64,000 bases of DNA, taken from the NCBI GenBank assembly GCA_017539865.1, contig JAFYCE010000078.1, positions 27,419-91,418 of the forward strand, in the 5' to 3' direction. The notes under the pieces were generated by a model, which made no database searches, was not told where the DNA came from, and saw only the letters and a list, made by a program, of their open reading frames with translations. Below are positions 10,398 through 19,558 of this stretch, in pieces (within the stretch, counting starts at the first letter, position 1; every line of letters starts with the position of its first letter). The position numbers and the translations under genes were made by a program. The DNA comes from Alphaproteobacteria bacterium (GTDB lineage Bacteria > Pseudomonadota > Alphaproteobacteria > CAAGCB01 > CAG-977).

Positions 10398-11183
10398 ATG
10401 GATACGAAAGCTTTCTTTAAATTGACTTACGGGCTTTACCTCGTCGGCGTGAAAAACGGCGATAAATTCGGCGGCTGCGTCATCGACGCGGTCATGCAGA
10501 CGACCGTCGATCCGCCGACGTTGGTCATTTCGTCAAACAAATGCACCAAAACAAACGAATGTATCGGAAAAACGAAAGAATTTACGCTGTCCGTTCTTTC
10601 CGAAACGACGGATCCGTTCGTCATTGCCAATTTCGGCTTTCAATCCTGCCGAACGGTTGAAAAATGGGAGAAAGTGCCGCACCGTTTCCTGAACGGCCTG
10701 CCCGTTTTGGATGACGCTGCGGCTTATCTGCACTGCAAAGTGACCGAAATCAAAGAACTTTCGACGCACACGTTGTTTTTCTGCGATATCATCGACGCCG
10801 TTGACAGTGCAAAAAAAGCGTTGAGCTACACGACTTATCAAGAATCCTGGAAACCGAAAGTCATGGAAGCTTTCAAATCCGGAAAATGTTCACTCACCAA
10901 CCAGAAAGGAGAAAAAACAATGACGAAATGGGTCTGTAAAGTTTGCGGATATGTTTATGAAGGCGACGAATTGCCCGAAGATTACGTCTGTCCCGTTTGC
11001 GGCGTAGGTCCGGAAGAATTTGAAAAGGTAGAAGAAAAACCGGCCGCGAAACCCTCTACGGAAAAGTGGGTCTGTTCCGTTTGCGGCTATGTTTACGACG
11101 GCGACACCCCGTTTGAAGAACTGCCGGAAGACTATGTCTGCCCGATCTGCCAGCAACCGAAAAGCGTTTTTGAAAAACAATAA
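10398..11183 (+). CDS. Flavin reductase-like domain fused to two C-terminal rubredoxin domains
   Basis: N-terminus (about 1-160) resembles flavin reductase/HpaC-like FMN-binding proteins. Two rubredoxin modules follow: [13 protein letters not shown]...YVCPVCG and [13 protein letters not shown]...YVCPICQ. Confidence 0.7.
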   Translation: MDTKAFFKLTYGLYLVGVKNGDKFGGCVIDAVMQTTVDPPTLVISSNKCTKTNECIGKTKEFTLSVLSETTDPFVIANFGFQSCRTVEKWEKVPHRFLNGLPVLDDAAAYLHCKVTEIKELSTHTLFFCDIIDAVDSAKKALSYTTYQESWKPKVMEAFKSGKCSLTNQKGEKTMTKWVCKVCGYVYEGDELPEDYVCPVCGVGPEEFEKVEEKPAAKPSTEKWVCSVCGYVYDGDTPFEELPEDYVCPICQQPKSVFEKQ

Positions 11184-11202
11184 AGATGAATAATACTAAA
11201 AA

Positions 11203-11231
11203 AGAGGGCTTTTCAGCCCTCTTTTTGCTTA
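11203..11231. terminator. Bidirectional terminator between the rubredoxin-fusion gene and htpG
   Basis: aaaaagagggc-ttttca-gccctcttttt. Confidence 0.6.
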
Positions 11232-13088
11232 ATTAACCGCATTCATCATAAAATCCGTAACGCGCTGTGAAAACGCCGCGGGGTCGTTGATCGGTTCGCC
11301 TTCGATGATTTTCGCCTGATCGAACAGCACTTGCACCAACGCTTTGTTTGTGTCGCCCGTATCGCCCGCCGCGACTTTAGCCGCCAGTTTCTTAATCAAC
11401 GGGTGGCGCGGGTTGATGTCGAAATAACGGTTGCTGACATACAAAGACGGCTGATTGTGCTGACGCATCAGGCGTTCCAGATGAATGGACGCTTCGCCGT
11501 CGCCGGTCGAAAGCGCGACGGGGCTTTTTGTCAGACGTTCCGTTGTGCGGACTTCCTTGACTTCGTCGCCGACAATTTCTTTCATGAACTTCTTTAACGC
11601 TTCCAAGTCCTTTTCGTCCGCTTTTTCGATTTTATCGGATTGGTCGGTAATGAGCAGCGTTTCCAGTTCCTGCGCGCCGGCGTTGACGGATTTAATCGGC
11701 TTTTCCTTATATTGCGTCAGGTTCTGCGGCCAGAATTCGTCGATCGGGTCGGTCAGCAACAGCACTTCGATCCCGCGGGAAGCAAAGCCTTCCAACTGCG
11801 GGTTGTTGCGCAAAACGCCCAGATTGTCGCCCGTGATGTAGTAAATGCTCTTCTGTCCGTCTTTCATGCGGGAGATGTAATCCGCCAAAGTCGTCAGGCC
11901 GTCGCCGTTCGTCGAATAAAAACGGCACAGTTCGGCGATTTCTTCGCGGTTCGAGAAGTCTTCGAAAATGCCTTCTTTTAGCACCGCGCCGAAAGCGTCC
12001 CAGAACGTCAGATATTCTTTTTCGTTTTCACTGCGCTTTTTCAGCTCATTCAAAATGCGGCGGACGACACCGGTTTTAATCTTGGATAACACGGGTGTCT
12101 TTTGCAGCATTTCACGTGAAACATTCAAAGGCAGTTCTTTCGTGTCGATGACGCCCTGCACGAAACGCAGGTAGTTCGGCAACATATCGGGGACTTGGTC
12201 GGTAATGAAAACACGATTGATGTAAAGTTTGATTTGCGCGTTACGGTTCGGCTGGAAGATGTCGAACGGCGTCTTTGTCGGAATGTACATCAAAGCCGTG
12301 TATTCGATCGTGCCTTCCGCCTTGTAGTGCAAAATGTCCCACGGGTCGTCGAAAGCGTGCGAGATATGGCGGTAAAAGTCCTTGTATTGCGCTTCCGTGA
12401 TGTCGGCTTTGTTGCGCGTCCACAAGGCGCTGGCCAGATTGATCGTTTCCGTTTCGCCCATGTAGTGCATGATCACGGGGAAGGAAATATGGTCGGAGAA
12501 CTGCCGGACGATGCGGCGGACTTCGGAGGCTTCGGCATAGCTGTAAGAGGCTTCTTTCAGATACAGCGTGATTTTCGTGCCGCGGGCGACGTCCTTTTCT
12601 TCGGTGATCGTAAAAGAGCCTTTACCGTTTGATGTCCACAGCCAGCCTTCTTCCTCACCGGCTTTGCGGGAGCGGACTTCGACCTTTTCGGCAACCATAA
12701 ACGCCGAATAAAAGCCGACGCCGAACTGTCCGATGATGGTCGCATCCTTCTGCTTGTCGCCTGTCAGATTGTTCAGAAACTCGGCGGAACCGGAACGCCC
12801 GATGGAGCCTAAATCCTTGATTAAATCCTGCTTGTTCATTCCGATGCCGTTATCGGAAATCGTCAGCGTGTGCGCGTCCTTGTCGGGCGTGATGTGGATC
12901 TGGAATTCCCCGTCCCCTTTGGCAATGTCCGGTTTCATGATCGCGGCGTAACGCAGCTTGTCGCACGCGTCCGAAGCGTTCGACACCAGTTCGCGCAGGA
13001 AAATGTCCGTGTCCGAATAAAGGGCGTTGACGACGATATCCAAAACCTTGCCGACTTCGGCTTGAAATTGCATTTTTTCTTCTGACAT
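11229..13088 (-). CDS. htpG: Chaperone HtpG (Hsp90)
   Basis: 619 aa with an N-terminal GHKL ATPase (ELVSNASDA..., GQFGVGFYS), middle domain and C-terminal domain. Confidence 0.96.
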   Translation of the reverse strand: MSEEKMQFQAEVGKVLDIVVNALYSDTDIFLRELVSNASDACDKLRYAAIMKPDIAKGDGEFQIHITPDKDAHTLTISDNGIGMNKQDLIKDLGSIGRSGSAEFLNNLTGDKQKDATIIGQFGVGFYSAFMVAEKVEVRSRKAGEEEGWLWTSNGKGSFTITEEKDVARGTKITLYLKEASYSYAEASEVRRIVRQFSDHISFPVIMHYMGETETINLASALWTRNKADITEAQYKDFYRHISHAFDDPWDILHYKAEGTIEYTALMYIPTKTPFDIFQPNRNAQIKLYINRVFITDQVPDMLPNYLRFVQGVIDTKELPLNVSREMLQKTPVLSKIKTGVVRRILNELKKRSENEKEYLTFWDAFGAVLKEGIFEDFSNREEIAELCRFYSTNGDGLTTLADYISRMKDGQKSIYYITGDNLGVLRNNPQLEGFASRGIEVLLLTDPIDEFWPQNLTQYKEKPIKSVNAGAQELETLLITDQSDKIEKADEKDLEALKKFMKEIVGDEVKEVRTTERLTKSPVALSTGDGEASIHLERLMRQHNQPSLYVSNRYFDINPRHPLIKKLAAKVAAGDTGDTNKALVQVLFDQAKIIEGEPINDPAAFSQRVTDFMMNAVN

Positions 13089-13168
13089 AGTATAACCTCC
13101 CGTAAACGAAGTTCTAAATAGGTTCTTTTACGGCGGATTTCAACCCTTTTGAAGAAAGATTTTTTATC

Positions 13169-15697
13169 GTGGCGGATTCTGTGATAACGGCGGTGCTGGG
13201 GCCCACAAACACGGGCAAGACGTATCTGGCGATCGAAAAGATGATGACGCATAAAACCGGCATGATCGGTTTTCCTTTGCGTCTGCTCGCGCGCGAAAAC
13301 TATGACAAAATCGTCCGCGTCAAAGGAATAAACAATGTCGCTCTGATTACCGGAGAGGAAAAGATCCTGCCCGACAATCCGTCTTATTTTGTCTGCACGG
13401 TCGAAGCGATGCCTTTGGAACAGCCGGTCGATTTTCTGGCGGTTGACGAAATCCAGATGGCGGCAGACGTCGAACGCGGACATATCTTTACGGACAGACT
13501 GCTTTACGCCAGAGGGAAAAGGGAAACGATGTTCCTCGGCGCGGAAACGATGAAGCCGCTGATAAAACAGCTGATTCCTGAAATCGTGATTGAAACGCGG
13601 CCGAGATTTTCAAAATTAACGTATACGGGGATCAAGAAAATCACGCGTCTTCCCGCGCGCTCGGCGATCATCGGCTTTTCCGTGCAGGACGTTTACGCTC
13701 TGGCGGAACTGATCCGGCGGCAGAAAGGCGGCGCGGCGGTCGTGATGGGCGCTTTAAGCCCCCGCACCCGTAATGCTCAAGTCGATATGTTCCAGTCCGG
13801 CGAAGTCGATTATCTGGTCGCGACGGACGCCATTGGCATGGGACTGAACATGGACATCGGGCACGTCTGCTTTACTTCGTTGAGGAAATTCGACGGGCAA
13901 AGGATGCGCGCTTTGTCGGCGGCGGAGCTGGCTCAAATCGCAGGACGGGCGGGACGGTATATGACGGACGGCACGTTCGGCGCGGCGGCGGAAGCGTCCG
14001 CCATGACGCAAGACGTCATCGACAGAATCGAAGAACACCGCTTTGAAAACCTGCCGAATCTGTTCTGGCGCAATCACGATTTGAAAACGACTTCTCTGGA
14101 CGCCTTGATTTACAGCCTGAACGTCAGACCGACGCAAACGGGCTTGATTACGGCCAGAAAAGCCGAAGATCAGCAGGTTCTGGAAGTCCTGATGCAGGAT
14201 TCGGGCATTGAAAAGCTGGCGAATCATCCCTCCCGCGTAAAGCTTTTATGGGAAATCTGCCAGATTCCCGATTTCCGCAAAGTCTCTCCGCAGGCGCATG
14301 CGAAACTGGCGGGGCAGCTGTTCCGCATGATTCTCGACAAGGGGAAAATCGAGCAGGATTGGTTCGCGAAACAAGTCAAAACGCTGGATAATACGAACGG
14401 CGACATTGATGTTGTTACGGGACGTATTGCAGGAATCAGAATTTGGACGTATATTGCCCAAAGAAAAGAATGGATCGACCGGTCGTCGTACTGGCGGGAC
14501 ATGACAAGAGCCGTCGAGGACAAGCTTTCGGACGCTTTGCATCAGAAGCTTTCCCAACGGTTCGTGGATAAACGCACATCTGTTTTGGTTAAGGGTATGA
14601 AAACACAAGTGGATTTAGAAGCTCAAATCGGCGAAGACGGTTCCGTTTCCGTCGAAGGTCAAACTATCGGAAAACTGGAAGGGCTGCGCTTTATGCCGGA
14701 CACCGGAAACGGCAAATTTGCCGACCGCGTGCTGATGAATGCGGCGGACAAGGCTTTGCAGGCGGAATTTCAAACCAGAATCGCGGAAATCCTCGATCCC
14801 GAAAAGGACGATCTGACGCTGGAAAACGACGCGCGGATTTTGTGGAAAGGTCAAAACCTCGGCAAAGTCGTGAAAGGTCGCGATATTCTGCATCCTGCTA
14901 TTTCTTTAACCGTGCAGGAAAACATCGATTCTTCGTATGTCGAGCAGTTAAGAACCCGCCTGAACGGTTGGCTGGAAGTTTACCTGAACAATAAAATCAT
15001 GCCGTTGTTTAAAGCGTTGCGAACGATCGACGAGGAAGGCGCGTCCGGTTCCGTGCGCGGCATTCTGTACCAAGCGGCCGACCAGTTGGGAACGATCAGG
15101 CGCGAAAAAGTGCTGGAACTCGTCAAAGGCTTGAATGAAGCGGATAAAAAGATTCTGGCGAAAACCGGCGTGCGTATGGGGTATGAATATATTTTCTTCC
15201 CGATGCTGTTGAAACCGGCGGCTCAGCGCGTTTGCGCCATTTTATGGAAGATCTGGAACGAAAAAACGCAATATGCGACCGGTTTTGCGATTGACGGTAA
15301 AATGTCCTTTGCCGTTGAAAAAGGCATTCCTTGGGCTTTATATCTGGTGCAAGGCTATGTTTTGGCCGGAACGCGGGCGATTCGCGTTGATGTAATGGAG
15401 AGATTTACATCAAAACTGCGCGAAATCACACGTCAGGACAAAGGAAAACCGCAAGTCCTGCCGTTGGAATTGTTGTCGATTGCCGGCTTGAAACGCGATG
15501 AAGCGGCGGAAGTGTTCGGATTCTTGGGCTTTAACGTAACGAAGGAAACACAAACCGTTACGGTCGGCGAAGAAACAAAAGAAACCGAAACGCTGATGAT
15601 CCAGCCGAAGTTCAAAAAGCACAAAAAAGCCCCGAAAGAGGAAAAGATCGATGAAACATCCCCCTTTGCGGCATTGGCGGCGTTGAAGAAAAAATAA
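13169..15697 (+). CDS. Suv3/SUPV3L1-like ATP-dependent helicase
   Basis: Walker A GPTNTGKT, DEIQ box (VDEIQM) and a helicase C-terminal domain, with a roughly 400 aa C-terminal extension typical of mitochondrial-type Suv3 homologs found in alphaproteobacteria. Confidence 0.55.
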   Translation: MADSVITAVLGPTNTGKTYLAIEKMMTHKTGMIGFPLRLLARENYDKIVRVKGINNVALITGEEKILPDNPSYFVCTVEAMPLEQPVDFLAVDEIQMAADVERGHIFTDRLLYARGKRETMFLGAETMKPLIKQLIPEIVIETRPRFSKLTYTGIKKITRLPARSAIIGFSVQDVYALAELIRRQKGGAAVVMGALSPRTRNAQVDMFQSGEVDYLVATDAIGMGLNMDIGHVCFTSLRKFDGQRMRALSAAELAQIAGRAGRYMTDGTFGAAAEASAMTQDVIDRIEEHRFENLPNLFWRNHDLKTTSLDALIYSLNVRPTQTGLITARKAEDQQVLEVLMQDSGIEKLANHPSRVKLLWEICQIPDFRKVSPQAHAKLAGQLFRMILDKGKIEQDWFAKQVKTLDNTNGDIDVVTGRIAGIRIWTYIAQRKEWIDRSSYWRDMTRAVEDKLSDALHQKLSQRFVDKRTSVLVKGMKTQVDLEAQIGEDGSVSVEGQTIGKLEGLRFMPDTGNGKFADRVLMNAADKALQAEFQTRIAEILDPEKDDLTLENDARILWKGQNLGKVVKGRDILHPAISLTVQENIDSSYVEQLRTRLNGWLEVYLNNKIMPLFKALRTIDEEGASGSVRGILYQAADQLGTIRREKVLELVKGLNEADKKILAKTGVRMGYEYIFFPMLLKPAAQRVCAILWKIWNEKTQYATGFAIDGKMSFAVEKGIPWALYLVQGYVLAGTRAIRVDVMERFTSKLREITRQDKGKPQVLPLELLSIAGLKRDEAAEVFGFLGFNVTKETQTVTVGEETKETETLMIQPKFKKHKKAPKEEKIDETSPFAALAALKKK

Positions 15698-16071
15698 TGG
15701 CGGATTGCCAGAGAATCGACAAGTGGCTGTATTTCTCGCGTTTTGCAAAAACGCGGACGGTCGCGCAGGAATTGATCGAAGGCGGACACGTTTCCGTCAA
15801 CGATGAAAAAATCCTGAAATGCAGTCGTGACATTAAAATCGGCGACGAATTAACGATTTTGCGCGGCACGATGCGATTTTTCGTCCGTGTGACGGGCTTT
15901 GCTGAAAAACGGGTCGGCGCGCCGGTCGCGCAAACGCTCTACGAGCAGACGAAAGAACCGGAAAACCTCGCTCCTCCGCCGAAAAAAGCGTTTGAATACC
16001 GCGCCGCCGGTTCCGGCCGCCCGACCAAACGCGACCGCCGGGCGTTAAACAGATTGAAGGGGAAGTTTTAA
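15697..16071 (+). CDS. hslR: Ribosome-associated heat shock protein Hsp15 (S4 RNA-binding domain)
   Basis: S4-domain signature RIDKWLYFSRFAKTRTVAQELIEGGHVSVN. Start is coupled to the helicase stop (ATGA-type overlap). Confidence 0.75.
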   Translation: MADCQRIDKWLYFSRFAKTRTVAQELIEGGHVSVNDEKILKCSRDIKIGDELTILRGTMRFFVRVTGFAEKRVGAPVAQTLYEQTKEPENLAPPPKKAFEYRAAGSGRPTKRDRRALNRLKGKF

Positions 16072-16373
16072 TTCTCTGCGTCGTTCAAAAAGATAAGGTC
16101 TTTTTCGATCAGTTTGTAAAAGTCGGCATCAACCTTATGAAAATCGCAGAAATTAACAATGTATGGCAAACGGCTGTCATCGCATTTTTGTTTGATTTCT
16201 TCCAATGTTTCAAAGGGCATAGGCTCTTTACCGCAAATCAGGATATCCAGATCGGAGGTTTTTTCAAATCCGCCTTTGACGCGGGAACCGTAGCAGGCAA
16301 ATCGAAACTCCCGCTGATACGGTTCAAAAATGTTTTTTAGAATATTCAGTTCATCCGAAGTGATGCCGATCAT
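16068..16373 (-). CDS. Minimal nucleotidyltransferase (MNT; HI0073-like), putative antitoxin of a HEPN/MNT pair
   Basis: NTase motif GSRVKGGFEKTSDLDILI; about 100 aa; overlaps the upstream HEPN gene by 4 nt. Confidence 0.75.
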   Translation of the reverse strand: MIGITSDELNILKNIFEPYQREFRFACYGSRVKGGFEKTSDLDILICGKEPMPFETLEEIKQKCDDSRLPYIVNFCDFHKVDADFYKLIEKDLIFLNDAEN

Positions 16374-16783
16374 TGACGACCTGCGGCTTTTTTAAAGGAC
16401 GCAACCAAGATTTCGGCATCGGCGATAAATTGGGGAATGACGGTTAAAACGGAATGCGATTTTTCAATGTTGTATTCGTGCGACGTTTCGTTGCGCTTGA
16501 TATAATACTCTTTCCAATTTTCCCAGTCGCCGATCATATTGTATCCGCTCATCAATCGGAAAATATTATTGACGGTCAATTCCTCGTCCGATTTTCCGTA
16601 GACCAGCTTTAAATACTTTTTCATCAGTTTCCAAGCCGTTTCCAACGTGTATTCGTATCTCTGAATGCAGGAATCGGTGATAATGGAGGTCAGCGTTTCA
16701 TCTTTGTTATTTTGGTAGGCCGTCCACGCTTCGCGCAAAGTCTGCAAAAATTTTTCCAAAGCGTCCGTCTTAAATTCTGTCAT
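16370..16783 (-). CDS. HEPN-superfamily nucleotidyltransferase substrate-binding protein (HI0074-like), putative toxin
   Basis: About 138 aa from the internal ATG at 16783 (MTEFKTDALEKF...). Paired with the MNT gene. The ORF track extends it to 16867. Confidence 0.6.
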   Translation of the reverse strand: MTEFKTDALEKFLQTLREAWTAYQNNKDETLTSIITDSCIQRYEYTLETAWKLMKKYLKLVYGKSDEELTVNNIFRLMSGYNMIGDWENWKEYYIKRNETSHEYNIEKSHSVLTVIPQFIADAEILVASFKKAAGRQ

Positions 16784-16896
16784 CGTAAAAGCCTTTGGGT
16801 TTTTGTTTATGAGGCATATTAACGTATTATCATTTTTTTGCCAAGACGCCATAAAAGCATAAAACAATCACGTTAAAAGAAAGTTTTAAATCCTGT

Positions 16897-17520
16897 TTAT
16901 TTTAATCCGTTTATTTCTTTTTGCAAATTTTCAAGGAATTTTCCGGCATGCGCGCCGTCCATTTGCGTGTGGTGGAATTGAAAGGATATCGGCAGGATGT
17001 AGCGGAAAAACTTTTTTCTGTATTTGCCCCAGATCAAAAACGGATTATTGAAGATGCCGCTGTTCATGCCGACTGCGCCGTCTATTTCCGTATCGACGAT
17101 CGCCGATGTCCCGATAACCATGCTGTCGGCGGATAAATCAAAATCCTGACCGCTTTCCGCGACTTGCGCGGTATGTTTCAAATAATCACGGTTAAATGTT
17201 TCCAAGTCCTCGGAATAAGGAATATCGCAGGAGCTGACTTCGCCGTTCTTGTTTTTAACAATCGTGTTTACGGCGATTGTGTCGTATTGCATCAGTTTGT
17301 CGCCGACCGGAAGCAGGTAAAATTCCTTTATATCTGCGGCAGCTTTTCCGATACACCAGTCAAGAAGCATATTGAATTTCAGATGCTTCTTTTTGCCGAT
17401 TTTAACTAAATTCGTCACGTCCAACGTTTTAAAAAACGTCACCATCGGATTCGGCGCGTTCAGCCAAAGCTTAAAAGCCATGGCTCTGGAGGTATTTTGA
17501 GGATCGACTTCCTTTGCCAT
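16897..17520 (-). CDS. Chloramphenicol O-acetyltransferase family protein (type A CAT fold)
   Basis: Collinear with classical CAT: ...FKLW.., LDVTNLVK..KKHLKFNMLLDW, and WGKYRKKFFRYILPISFQFHHTQMDGAHAGKFLENLQ aligned to CAT [37 protein letters not shown]. Confidence 0.7.
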   Translation of the reverse strand: MAKEVDPQNTSRAMAFKLWLNAPNPMVTFFKTLDVTNLVKIGKKKHLKFNMLLDWCIGKAAADIKEFYLLPVGDKLMQYDTIAVNTIVKNKNGEVSSCDIPYSEDLETFNRDYLKHTAQVAESGQDFDLSADSMVIGTSAIVDTEIDGAVGMNSGIFNNPFLIWGKYRKKFFRYILPISFQFHHTQMDGAHAGKFLENLQKEINGLK

Positions 17521-17697
17521 TATTCAGCCTTCTTCATTATTAAATCCTTTTGAGCTTTTCCTTGAAAAATAAATTCTTAAAGGATCAATGTAAATCCGGT
17601 AAGCATAAAATTTAACCTTTCGGCGATTAAGTGTTGAAAATCCTCAAAAACCGTTTATATTTTTTTAAGTCATACAAATTTTTTGAGGAGATTTAAT

Positions 17698-17925
17698 ATG
17701 CCTTCAGTCGTTAATGATTCTTGCGTCAAGTGCCTGACCTGTGTTGAAGCCTGTCCGGTCGGCGCGATTATTGAAGCGGATACGCAAGTCGTTGTCAATC
17801 CGGATGTCTGCATTGATTGCGGTGTTTGCATTTCCGAATGCCCGCAGGGTGCGATTTCTTCCGACAGCGATGCCGATGAAAAATGGGTGAAGTTCAACGC
17901 CGAAAAAGCGGCTGCCGCCGGCTAA
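17698..17925 (+). CDS. 2x[4Fe-4S] ferredoxin
   Basis: Two cluster motifs, CVKCLTCVEACP and CIDCGVCISECP. SD gaggag lies 8 nt upstream of the ATG at 17698. Confidence 0.85.
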   Translation: MPSVVNDSCVKCLTCVEACPVGAIIEADTQVVVNPDVCIDCGVCISECPQGAISSDSDADEKWVKFNAEKAAAAG

Positions 17926-17945
17926 TTCCCCTATAAACAATTTTA

Positions 17946-17980
17946 AACGCCCTCTGAATCATCAGAGGGCGTTTTTTGTT
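17946..17980 (+). terminator. Rho-independent terminator after the ferredoxin gene
   Basis: aaacgccctctga-atca-tcagagggcgtttttt. Confidence 0.65.
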
Positions 17981-17988
17981 GGCCGATA

Positions 17989-18852
17989 TCAAATGGCTAT
18001 ATCGGTCACACTTTTCTGAGCAGCTCCGGCCGCGCCATGTTGCGCCACTTTCTTGGCGGCTTCATAAGCGTCCAGCTGGCGTGTCATCGCTTCGGGAAAC
18101 CACGAAGCGGCGGCGGAAACCTTTTCCGAAGACGTATTCGGCAGGTCAGGACGTTTGTAGCCGAATCCTTCCGAACTGACCTGAGCGCGAATGGCTTCCG
18201 GATCAATGACGGCGGGCTTTTTTGCTAAAGATGTGTTTGTTTCGGCAATCGTTTTTGCTTTTGCCTGCTGTTTCATTTCTTCCATACGCAACTGTTTTGC
18301 CTGTTCGGAAGCGCTGGCGGCCAACGGCACATTTCCGCCGAATTTGGTTTCGTTGTTTCTGTAACGGGCGGCTTTATCCATGGAAAAGACTTTGGCATTC
18401 CCCGACCCTTTTAATGTTTTTGTTTCCTGAGCCGTTTCACGCGCTTTGGCTTTTTCATCGGACATATTGTAAGGGGATTCCTTACCGAAAAGCTTGTTTT
18501 TTTGTTTGGAAAAAGTCGTGCGTTCCAGCTGTTCGTTCAAGCGCGCCCCCGGCTTTGAAACCGTATCCGCGCTGACGACGAAAGGCGTCAAATCGACGAC
18601 ATCCGCCAAAGCCACCGGCATTTCCTGAACTTTTTGCTCCTGCGCCGCCAAAACAGCCGGTGAAGAAGCGGGCATCCGCTTTTCCGAAACAACCGGTTTT
18701 TCAGGTTCCGTAACAGATATTTCCTTTATCTGCCGTGCAAAAGACGGACGCGCACGCGGCACGACCGTTTCGGCGACCGGAGCGGAATCCTGCTGAAACG
18801 TAAAGCCGTCTTGCCAAACGGACAGATCAACGGTAAAATCCATATTCAACAT
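17989..18852 (-). CDS. Hypothetical low-complexity protein (Ala/Lys/Gln/Glu-rich)
   Basis: 287 aa ORF with no recognisable domain and coiled-coil-like composition. Divergent from the regulator gene at 18917. Confidence 0.4.
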   Translation of the reverse strand: MLNMDFTVDLSVWQDGFTFQQDSAPVAETVVPRARPSFARQIKEISVTEPEKPVVSEKRMPASSPAVLAAQEQKVQEMPVALADVVDLTPFVVSADTVSKPGARLNEQLERTTFSKQKNKLFGKESPYNMSDEKAKARETAQETKTLKGSGNAKVFSMDKAARYRNNETKFGGNVPLAASASEQAKQLRMEEMKQQAKAKTIAETNTSLAKKPAVIDPEAIRAQVSSEGFGYKRPDLPNTSSEKVSAAASWFPEAMTRQLDAYEAAKKVAQHGAAGAAQKSVTDIAI

Positions 18853-18916
18853 ACGCGCCTCCCTTTTTCTAAAACAAATGCAACATTCGTGCCAATAATT
18901 TTAAAAGGAAAACATC

Positions 18917-19558
18917 ATGCGCCGGATTTTGATTTATTCAATACAAGAACATCCCAGACAAGCTTTAGCCGGAGAGCTCCGCGCGCTTGATATCGCAGAG
19001 GAAGTCGATGAAACCGCTTCGTTTGAAGAGGTAAAAACGCTTTCGGAACAGGAAAGTTTTTCCGCTTTCATCATTGATGAACCGACGCCGGAACAAATGC
19101 GGCAACTGGCGGAAATACCAAGTAAAGCGCCGTTTTTTTATCTGGCGGCACAATCGCTTGCGGCGGATAAGGGGCAATTTGTTCAAAAACCTTTCCGTCT
19201 GTCCGTTTTCCTGCCGGCTTTGATTGCTTCCATCGCCAAATTCGAGCAAAGCGACCACGCTTCCTTTTTTCTGAACGGATGGAACTTTAATTTTGCAGGC
19301 AGAATCTTGAGCTGCGAAAACGAAGAAATCAAACTGACCGATAAAGAAGCGGCTTTGCTGAATTACTTGCATGCGCAAACGGAACCTGTCGACAAGGAAA
19401 CGCTTTTGCGTGAAATCTGGGGATACGGCGAAGGTATATCCACGCATACGCTGGAAACACATATTTACCGGCTACGGCAAAAGCTGGAAGCGACAGGCAT
19501 CACGTTTTCAGCGGCAAACGGCGACGGCTATCGACTGATTTGTGAATCGTCTATTTGA
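18917..19558 (+). CDS. OmpR-family winged-helix transcriptional regulator with an atypical receiver domain
   Basis: C-terminal trans_reg_C segment (LTDKEAALLNYL...THTLETHIYRLRQKL...GYRL). The N-terminal receiver-like domain keeps a candidate Asp (FIIDE) and a Lys (VQKPF) but lacks the N-terminal acidic pair. Confidence 0.6.
   Translation: MRRILIYSIQEHPRQALAGELRALDIAEEVDETASFEEVKTLSEQESFSAFIIDEPTPEQMRQLAEIPSKAPFFYLAAQSLAADKGQFVQKPFRLSVFLPALIASIAKFEQSDHASFFLNGWNFNFAGRILSCENEEIKLTDKEAALLNYLHAQTEPVDKETLLREIWGYGEGISTHTLETHIYRLRQKLEATGITFSAANGDGYRLICESSI

Noticed and set aside
11331-13085. Plus-strand ORFs overlapping htpG
   Set aside because: Antisense to an unambiguous htpG; typical GC-rich frame noise.
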